From Promethearchaeota archaeon (GTDB lineage: Archaea; Asgardarchaeota; Lokiarchaeia; Sigyniarchaeales; SOKP01), in assembly GCA_048938445.1 (NCBI GenBank), contig JBHLME010000117.1, forward strand, positions 1 through 14,046: DNA of 14,046 bases, read 5' to 3'. The notes under the pieces were generated by a model. It was not told the DNA's origin, did no database searches, and worked only from the letters and a program-made list of their open reading frames with translations. Shown here piece by piece: positions 7,865 to 14,046 of this stretch. A program made the translations under genes and the position numbers. Every line of letters starts with the position of its first letter. Within the stretch, counting starts at the first letter, position 1.

Positions 7865-9400
7865 ATGTCAAATAAAAAGAGTCAAGTATTAAGTTGTTCC
7901 GAGAATCCTTGTTTCACATATTCTAAAAATACTATTATATCCACTGATCATCATAAAAAACCGATATTTGATTCTTATACAGTTAAGAAGACAAAGTGGT
8001 CATTCATAGATTGGAATAATGAAGGAATCCCTAGGTTATATAATGAAGCAAAAAAAAATGTGAAACATTACTTAAAGAATGAAATTTTAAAAATTAATTT
8101 CCAGAAATTGTTTAAAAATGGTTTTGCTCCACCTTTAATAGAAATACGTAAGCTTAGATGGGATTTTTATATTGCGATTAAAAAAAGAAAGTTTTCTTAC
8201 AGTGAATTGATAGATAGTTTAGGATTAAAAATTTATAAGAAAGAATGGCATAATGCTAAATGGGTAAATTTTGATTGGAATATTTCTGGATTTCCTAGAA
8301 CGAGAGAAGATGCTTTAGAAAATATCAAATTTTTTTTTCAATCTAAGATATTTACAAGAGATTTTAAATTAAAGTTTAATTTATCTAATAATGATGCCCC
8401 TACAAGGAGTAAACTTGAGAAGGGAGGATATAAGAGTTTTCTAATTGCAATTTATAAAAAGGGATTTACTTATAATGAGATGATAGATAGTCTTGGACTT
8501 AAAATAAATAGGCATGTAAAAAAATATTCTAAATTTAATTGGAATAATTCAGGTTTTCCTCGATCATATAAAATGGCAGTTTCAAATGCAACCAAATATT
8601 TATTAAATGATATATTAACAAGTGAATTTAAAAAAAAATATAATCTTGGTGAATATGAAGCACCAACATCGAATTTTTTTGATAATAAAATTAATAGTTT
8701 TGCTCAAGCATTATGGAGAAGAAATATTAGTTATAATGATGTTTTAGAAGAGGGAGATCTTATTCCACATAATAAAAACATATATTCAATAGTAGGTACT
8801 GCATTTCATTGGATTGCTGAACTGATTTTCTTAAGAAATTCAGATTATCAAGGGTGCATTTCTTTTTATGAATCCTATCCAAGTCGATTAAATGAAACTT
8901 TTCAAGATTATCACTGTGATAATACAATTATAGTGGATGAAAACTTCAGGAATTTATCAAAGCATTCAAAAAATATCCCGAAAAATATAAAATTGGTTAA
9001 TATTGATTATTATCTAGGAACAACAGTAAAAAAGATTATAAATAAAAGTCAAAAAGGTTACCAAGACAAAAATAAAATGCTAATACTAGTTCCAATTAAT
9101 TCTAAAAAACCAATTTCTACCCCCTATTATGTTCCTTATAGAGAACACGTAAGAGTACTAGATCCAATAAGTTTTTCATTATTTTTTGGTTATAAAAATA
9201 ATATTAATAATTTATTTTTAAATTATGTCAATTTAGCAAAAAAAGCTACTTACAACTCTGATTGCAGATTAAAATTGGTAAAAATTGCTGAAGAATGCAA
9301 ATTTTTAATTAAGAAGAATTTCAATTTCAAACAAAAAGAATTAGAAGGATTTCTAGAGATGAATAGAGATATAGGGTTGTTAAATTATAATTTTGACTAA
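7865..9400 (+). CDS. Tandem-repeat protein with a C-terminal atypical PD-(D/E)xK-like nuclease domain (homing-endonuclease-like architecture)
   Basis: 511 aa. Three ~88-aa repeats are followed by GTAFHWIAE ... HCDNTI ... VNIDYY ... KSQKGYQ. Confidence 0.75.
   Translation: MSNKKSQVLSCSENPCFTYSKNTIISTDHHKKPIFDSYTVKKTKWSFIDWNNEGIPRLYNEAKKNVKHYLKNEILKINFQKLFKNGFAPPLIEIRKLRWDFYIAIKKRKFSYSELIDSLGLKIYKKEWHNAKWVNFDWNISGFPRTREDALENIKFFFQSKIFTRDFKLKFNLSNNDAPTRSKLEKGGYKSFLIAIYKKGFTYNEMIDSLGLKINRHVKKYSKFNWNNSGFPRSYKMAVSNATKYLLNDILTSEFKKKYNLGEYEAPTSNFFDNKINSFAQALWRRNISYNDVLEEGDLIPHNKNIYSIVGTAFHWIAELIFLRNSDYQGCISFYESYPSRLNETFQDYHCDNTIIVDENFRNLSKHSKNIPKNIKLVNIDYYLGTTVKKIINKSQKGYQDKNKMLILVPINSKKPISTPYYVPYREHVRVLDPISFSLFFGYKNNINNLFLNYVNLAKKATYNSDCRLKLVKIAEECKFLIKKNFNFKQKELEGFLEMNRDIGLLNYNFD
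7994..8776 (+). repeat. Three degenerate intragenic tandem repeats with a 264-bp (88-aa) period
   Basis: Units start at 7994 (KWSFIDWNNEGIPR), 8258 (KWVNFDWNISGFPR) and 8522 (KYSKFNWNNSGFPR). All share later motifs AP(P/T), F..A(I/L) and (S/T)Y.(E/D)....(G/D)L. Confidence 0.92.
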
Positions 9401-9499
9401 AAGATTTTATACTAAGTCAATATTAATTTCAAATATTAGCATATTATTAATAAGAATTAAATATCTATCTATTCATATCTTTTGATAATAATTCAAATT

Positions 9500-9506
9500 G
9501 GAGGGG
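9500..9506 (+). promoter_or_regulatory. Shine-Dalgarno site of ftr
   Basis: GGAGGGG lies 8 nt before ATG 9515. Confidence 0.7.
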
Positions 9507-9514
9507 AAATTAAT

Positions 9515-10444
9515 ATGGTTTCTATTATTGATGACACTTACTGTGAAGCATTTGAGGGATTAGTAGCTCAACTTCAAGTAACGGCTCAAGATATGGAATT
9601 TTTAAATAGAGCAATAAATTCATTTACAGCATTACCATCAACCGTATTTGGTGATGCTGAAGGTGGTATTGTAAAAATGTTATCCGAAAGTGAAACTATT
9701 GATGGAAGAATGGGGGCAATAGTTCAATTATGGGTTACGGGAACAGGAAAGAAATCGACAGCTAAATTTTATGAACAATTAGGAAGGAGAATGCGTCAAG
9801 GGATTCTTGTTGTTCCCACTACATCAGTTTTTGACCACTTTCCAAAAAAAACTGAAAAAAAATTTAACATGATGGATAACGTTGGTCATTGCGGAGATGG
9901 ATATGAGTGGATAGTAGAAAAACATAATCGGAAACTCATCAACGTTCCAATCATGATGGGATTTGATTTTCTAATAGAAGAAGAAATATCATATGATAAA
10001 GGAGTTATGGGAGGTAATCTGTGGCTTTTTTGCGATTCTGTTGGTTCTGGAATAAAGATCGGGAGAGAAGGCGTGAAAATTATTGCGGAAATGGATGATG
10101 TATGCACAACCTTTGATGTATGTTCCGCAGGCTCAAAACCAGTGCCTCCCGATGCGAAATATCCCGAAATTGGACCATCAACAAATCATCCTTTTTGTCC
10201 GACTTTAAAGGATAGATTATCATCAGGTGAATTTCAAGTTCCAGAAGGCGTGCAATCTATTCCAGAATTAGTTTTTAATGCCTTAGATGTCAATACAATT
10301 AAAAATACGATGAAAAATGTAATCGAAGGGATCATAAATATGAATGGGCTAATCAAGATTTCTGCGGGAAATTATGGTGGTAAATTAGGGAAGTTTAATA
10401 TTTATTTACGTGAATTGGGACTAAAAAATAATTTTTTTAATTAA
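9515..10444 (+). CDS. ftr: Formylmethanofuran--tetrahydromethanopterin N-formyltransferase
   Basis: Family motifs IDDTYCEAF, AEGGI, ET.DGR.G, PTTSVFD, GDGYE, VPIMMG.DF, GVMGGN, SAGSK, STNHPFCPTLK and ISAGNYGGKLG. The start is moved from TTG 9482 to ATG 9515 because of the SD and the family N-terminus. Confidence 0.95.
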   Translation: MVSIIDDTYCEAFEGLVAQLQVTAQDMEFLNRAINSFTALPSTVFGDAEGGIVKMLSESETIDGRMGAIVQLWVTGTGKKSTAKFYEQLGRRMRQGILVVPTTSVFDHFPKKTEKKFNMMDNVGHCGDGYEWIVEKHNRKLINVPIMMGFDFLIEEEISYDKGVMGGNLWLFCDSVGSGIKIGREGVKIIAEMDDVCTTFDVCSAGSKPVPPDAKYPEIGPSTNHPFCPTLKDRLSSGEFQVPEGVQSIPELVFNALDVNTIKNTMKNVIEGIINMNGLIKISAGNYGGKLGKFNIYLRELGLKNNFFN

Positions 10445-10507
10445 ACTTAATTTCACTTTTAAATTTTGATTTGAGATATCCGAATTGCTTAAAAAAGCGA
10501 ATTTTTT

Positions 10508-10530
10508 AAAGAAATAAAAAAAAGAAAAAA
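10508..10530 (-). terminator. Putative oligo-T terminator of the membrane-protein gene
   Basis: A-rich tract on + (T tract on -) about 12 nt after the stop at 10542. Confidence 0.4.
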
Positions 10531-10541
10531 TATTTTTTTAG

Positions 10542-11360
10542 TTATACTCCATTTTCAAGTCCGATAAAGAATCCAAATATGATAAAAATAGTTATCAAAA
10601 CTGGAATACTTAGAATGGTTGGCTTTAGGCTTGTGGGTCTGAATCCAATCATTATCATATACAATGAGAGCATCATTAGTAATCTTACGATAAAGAGATA
10701 ATTATAATGATCATGTATTAAAGACCCCAGTATAACAGTATCTGCTAAGATGCATAGTGCAAAGATTGGGGAAGAAATCATTAATACCGTGCTTCTAGCT
10801 TTTAATTCTCCTGCTGTCTTCTGCCTCATTTTACCAAATCCAATTAAAGTAAATGTTGACGTGATTGTGGTAAAAATCCATATTGAGAAATAAAATAACG
10901 TTCCTGGCGCAGCCCAATCATCCATTACTTCCCCATAAACATCATGAAATCTGACAAGTCCTTCTATAAAGTATAGTGAAAGGAAGAAAATGAGATAATA
11001 AGTAATACCGAGCAATATATATATAATTAATATGTTCTTTCTGGTTTTCGTTGATGCCACTAATTCCCAAACAATATAGACAATTGCAAAACAGCCAATC
11101 GGAAGTGTAGAGTAAGAAAAGAATGGAATTAGAAATTCAATCCAATTTGGGGTTGTACCAGTAAATTCAACCGCAAGAAATGAAAGTGTTATACCCAACC
11201 AGCCAACTCCAATTGAACCGAAAAGAAGGATCCCACCTAAATATGTTTTATTTTTTAGTTTTATATAGTAGTATGTACTATCTATTACTAAAAAAAATGC
11301 CACGCATATCAATAGAAGCGTGCTAATCCCATTCAACCATGATATTGAAAAGTTAGTCAT
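10542..11360 (-). CDS. Multi-pass (about 7-8 TM) membrane protein of unknown function
   Basis: The ORF track starts at GTG 11369; the in-frame ATG at 11360 is preferred. There are about eight hydrophobic segments. It is a paralog of the partial gene at 13821-14045. Confidence 0.85.
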   Translation of the reverse strand: MTNFSISWLNGISTLLLICVAFFLVIDSTYYYIKLKNKTYLGGILLFGSIGVGWLGITLSFLAVEFTGTTPNWIEFLIPFFSYSTLPIGCFAIVYIVWELVASTKTRKNILIIYILLGITYYLIFFLSLYFIEGLVRFHDVYGEVMDDWAAPGTLFYFSIWIFTTITSTFTLIGFGKMRQKTAGELKARSTVLMISSPIFALCILADTVILGSLIHDHYNYLFIVRLLMMLSLYMIMIGFRPTSLKPTILSIPVLITIFIIFGFFIGLENGV

Positions 11361-11513
11361 TGTATACACTTTTTTTGATTTTGAGTTAGTATTGTGTAAT
11401 TAAATTACTTAATTTTTATTTCAACGTGTAACTATTTAAATACAATATTCTATATATTTGGATGAAAAATGCATTAAAAATGAGATGATATATAATAAGT
11501 CTATAAAAATTGA

Positions 11514-12263
11514 TTAAAATAGATGTTTTAACTTGTTAGTTCTATATTCTTCTCGCCTTTTAATAGCATACCTTCCCAACGTAGTATCAGGTAAAAAAAG
11601 GGAGGGCGCTTCTTTCTCCAATGCATTTAATAAGTTTAGGAGGTGTAATGAAGCTGAAGAATCACTCATATCTTTATGTGATAAAAGAAATGATACTGGT
11701 TCACGACATTCTTGACGAATATTTATTGCAAATGAATTTAAAGTTTCTAGTGATAGCTCTTTCCCTTGAATTTGTTCTAGACTGCTATTTGAAGCACCAC
11801 AAGGACTCTCTATTAGAAGTTTCGCTTCCTTAATAATTGCTTTTTCATTATTAGAAATTTTTATATTGATCTTATATACAGGCGAGCCGAATTTATTGAA
11901 ATATTCATCAATTTCCTTAATACCCGTGTCTGGGAGAGCATTACACATGCTAATTGGCATTATTATTTGTGGATTCATATCTTTTACTTGTCTTAAAAAA
12001 CCCTCTCCAAAGTCAATGGGTAATATTGTAGGTTTTTGTCGAGAACATATTTCTGCTACGACATCAGCATGTCTTACATATACAATTAATAAATCTGATT
12101 CTTTAATAGCACTCTCAACATTATCTTCGAGTTTCACGTCATCAATTATTTCTGAAGCATTTCTTTCTTCCATTATGATAAATCGTGTTTCGGGAAATTT
12201 ATTTTTTACAACTTGGGCAGCTCTATCACCATATTTCCCATCACTTAATATAGCGATATTAAT
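11514..12263 (-). CDS. DUF166-family-like protein, probably initiated at a non-canonical ATT
   Basis: The ORF track starts at ATG 12173, but the frame extends 30 codons upstream as INIAILSDGKYGDRAAQVV, matching the archaeal DUF166 N-terminus (..I.I..DG.YG.RA). Other motifs are SMCNAL, F...FG.P, SPCGAS and CRE. Confidence 0.75.
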   Translation of the reverse strand: MNIAILSDGKYGDRAAQVVKNKFPETRFIIMEERNASEIIDDVKLEDNVESAIKESDLLIVYVRHADVVAEICSRQKPTILPIDFGEGFLRQVKDMNPQIIMPISMCNALPDTGIKEIDEYFNKFGSPVYKINIKISNNEKAIIKEAKLLIESPCGASNSSLEQIQGKELSLETLNSFAINIRQECREPVSFLLSHKDMSDSSASLHLLNLLNALEKEAPSLFLPDTTLGRYAIKRREEYRTNKLKHLF

Positions 12264-12278
12264 GAAAATCCCTCAATT

Positions 12279-12929
12279 TTATTTTTTCTCTGGAAGTTTG
12301 AATTGGAATTCTGTATAATACTTTCCATATTTTTCAGTAAATATTTTATCTATCTTTTTAATAGGTAAATCATCATAAAGACCCCAATCTTTCACATATT
12401 CTACGAATTTATTCCCTTCATTATCCAAGGGAGCGAGTAATGCGTTATTATCTCCATTAAACTCGACCATTGGAAGATAACCTGCTTTAAAAGCAGTGTC
12501 TTTATCAAAAACAGGAGTGAGTTTTATCCATTTTCCATCTAAATTCAATTCACTATAGCCATGACAGTGAAATATTTTTGTTCCCATAAATTCCTCAATC
12601 CAATCAGGAACTTTATGATTTATTATATCAACCATGTGAATTCGAGCAGGAATTCCTACTGCTCGAGCAAAAGTGGATAATAAAACGGCTTTAGACATGC
12701 AAAATCCATTTTTACGTCTTAATGTAGTTGATGCTTTAAGATTCGTCTGAAATTTTGGTAGATAAGTGTACATGTTATATTTTATTTCATCTCTCACCCA
12801 ATAAAATAATGCTATCGCTTTTTCCTTATCCGTTTTAAGACCATTAATTATATTGAAAGCCGTCTTTTTAACACGTTTATTATCAAAATCAAGAAATTTT
12901 GTGGACTGAAGAGTATTTACATTAGACAT
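12279..12929 (-). CDS. Transglutaminase-like superfamily protein
   Basis: 216 aa. Motifs are A.ALFYWVRDEIKY, AS.TL....GFC.SKA.L...ARA.GIPAR (catalytic Cys), HGYSE..L.GKW (His) and TP.FD (Asp region). Confidence 0.92.
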   Translation of the reverse strand: MSNVNTLQSTKFLDFDNKRVKKTAFNIINGLKTDKEKAIALFYWVRDEIKYNMYTYLPKFQTNLKASTTLRRKNGFCMSKAVLLSTFARAVGIPARIHMVDIINHKVPDWIEEFMGTKIFHCHGYSELNLDGKWIKLTPVFDKDTAFKAGYLPMVEFNGDNNALLAPLDNEGNKFVEYVKDWGLYDDLPIKKIDKIFTEKYGKYYTEFQFKLPEKK

Positions 12930-13125
12930 TTATTATTAGAAACCCCTAATATGATTCAATATAAAATATAATATATTAGTTTAATAATATAAAATAGAAG
13001 AAATTACAATTATTTATTGTCTTAGATAATAAGATATAAATTAAAATCTTTTTTATTCAATACTTAATTAGTAGTCTCTATTTAACTATTTATACTATAA
13101 TAGGAATAATTTTAAATTTAGACCC

Positions 13126-13794
13126 ATGAATGATGATGTAAGAAGTTCAAGAGCACGAGCGCCAGATAAAAAAGCAGAACAGTTCAATAAGATCTTAGAA
13201 ACAGGAAAAGAATTGTTCGTGAAATACGGGTCGCATGGTTTTAGTTTACGAGCATTAGCAAGAACTCTAAAAATGTCTCAATCAAATCTTTATAATTATG
13301 TAAAGTCAAAACGCGAACTCTGGATTGCAATTCGCATTAAAAACTTTACTGAATTTCAGGATGGATTTTCAAAAATCGTTGAAAAATATAAAGAGAATTA
13401 CCTTGAACTATGGATAGAAATGGCAAGATACTTTTTAGATTTCGCTGCTGAGGATTATAAACGATTTGAGATGATGTTTTTCGTGCGCGCACCACCTTCA
13501 GAAAAAATTGGAGAATATGAAAAGAAGTATAAACCACTTAAAATTCAGGATCAGGGTATAGATATCTTAAACCAATCAATTAAAGAAAAAAAATTCAAGG
13601 GAGAAAATCCTACTGAATTTTTCTATTACATGTATGGAGCATGTATTGGTGCTGCTAAAATTGAAGCAGATCTAAGGTTTAATCTTAGCACGATGGAACC
13701 ATTTACCATAGAAAAGAATCCCCTTACCATTTCAGAGTTTAGGAATTATTTCATGAAGGAACTTAGAAATAGATTAGAAAAGGAGTTTGTTTAA
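13126..13794 (+). CDS. TetR/AcrR family transcriptional regulator
   Basis: 222 aa with an N-terminal TetR HTH: ILETGKELFVKYGSHGFSLRALARTLKMSQSNLYNYVKSKRELW. Confidence 0.93.
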   Translation: MNDDVRSSRARAPDKKAEQFNKILETGKELFVKYGSHGFSLRALARTLKMSQSNLYNYVKSKRELWIAIRIKNFTEFQDGFSKIVEKYKENYLELWIEMARYFLDFAAEDYKRFEMMFFVRAPPSEKIGEYEKKYKPLKIQDQGIDILNQSIKEKKFKGENPTEFFYYMYGACIGAAKIEADLRFNLSTMEPFTIEKNPLTISEFRNYFMKELRNRLEKEFV

Positions 13795-13814
13795 AAAAAG
13801 AAAAAAAAGAAAAA
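13793..13814 (-). terminator. Putative oligo-T terminator of the right-edge membrane-protein gene
   Basis: aaaaaaagaaaaaaaagaaaaa on + reads as a long T tract on -, directly after the stop at 13821. Confidence 0.45.
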
Positions 13815-13820
13815 TTCAAA

Positions 13821-14045
13821 TCATAGAATCATAACTGGACCCCAGAAGATAAAAAAAACGACAAGTATGATCACTAAAATAGGAATTACTGCTAGAATAG
13901 GTTTCGAAGAAGATGGTCTAAAAGCAATTAAGATTAAAAACATCCCTAGGATCATTATCAATCTTATCAGATAGAGAAAATCAAGATGATTAGGAAATTC
14001 GAAAATAGGAATGATAGTTAATGATCCAAGTACAACTGTGTCTGC
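13821..14045 (-). CDS. 3' end of a membrane protein, paralog of 10542-11360 (partial; 5' part outside the window)
   Basis: Manual translation: ADTVVLGSLTIIPIFEFPNHLDFLYLIRLIMILGMFLILIAFRPSSSKPILAVIPILVIILVVFFIFWGPVMIL*. It aligns with ADTVILGSL..H...L...RL.M.L....I.I.FRP.S.KP....IP.L in the 275-aa ORF. Confidence 0.88.
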   Translation of the reverse strand, partial: ADTVVLGSLTIIPIFEFPNHLDFLYLIRLIMILGMFLILIAFRPSSSKPILAVIPILVIILVVFFIFWGPVMIL

Positions 14046-14046
14046 C

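Noticed and set aside
5255-9400. Classical restriction-modification, BREX, CRISPR-Cas or IS element
   Set aside because: No methyltransferase, PglZ, cas gene, repeat-spacer array, transposase or integrase was recognised in the window.
9482-9514. TTG start for ftr given by the ORF track
   Set aside because: The extension contains the SD (GGAGGGG) for ATG 9515, and family similarity begins after that ATG.
9886-10107. 73-aa minus-strand ORF
   Set aside because: Antisense shadow of ftr.
11533-12318. Plus-strand ORFs of 60, 70 and 150 aa
   Set aside because: Antisense to the DUF166-like gene, which carries the recognisable motifs.
13346-13537. 63-aa minus-strand ORF
   Set aside because: Antisense shadow of the TetR gene.

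Overview
AT-rich archaeal DNA, most likely Asgard (Lokiarchaeia-like). This is inferred from the archaeal Hsp20, the methanopterin-pathway ftr, a DUF166-like gene, longin/roadblock-like proteins and GGAGG/GTGAT ribosome-binding sites. The core-like genes are hsp20, a P-loop AAA+ ATPase, a longin/uDENN-like protein, ftr, a transglutaminase-like gene with a DUF166-like partner, a TetR regulator and two paralogous multi-pass membrane proteins. They are interrupted at about 5150-9450 by an AT-richer three-gene block. The block holds a translationally coupled pair (406-aa unknown protein plus 370-aa PD-(D/E)xK nuclease), a candidate antiviral defence system. It also holds a divergent 511-aa protein with three ~88-aa tandem repeats fused to an atypical PD-(D/E)xK-like domain. 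Three features are missing from the ORF track: a PAP2-like gene at the left edge with a stop at codon 8, a probable ATT start for the DUF166-like gene, and a partial membrane-protein paralog at the right edge. All family assignments come from motif recognition by eye; no searches were run.
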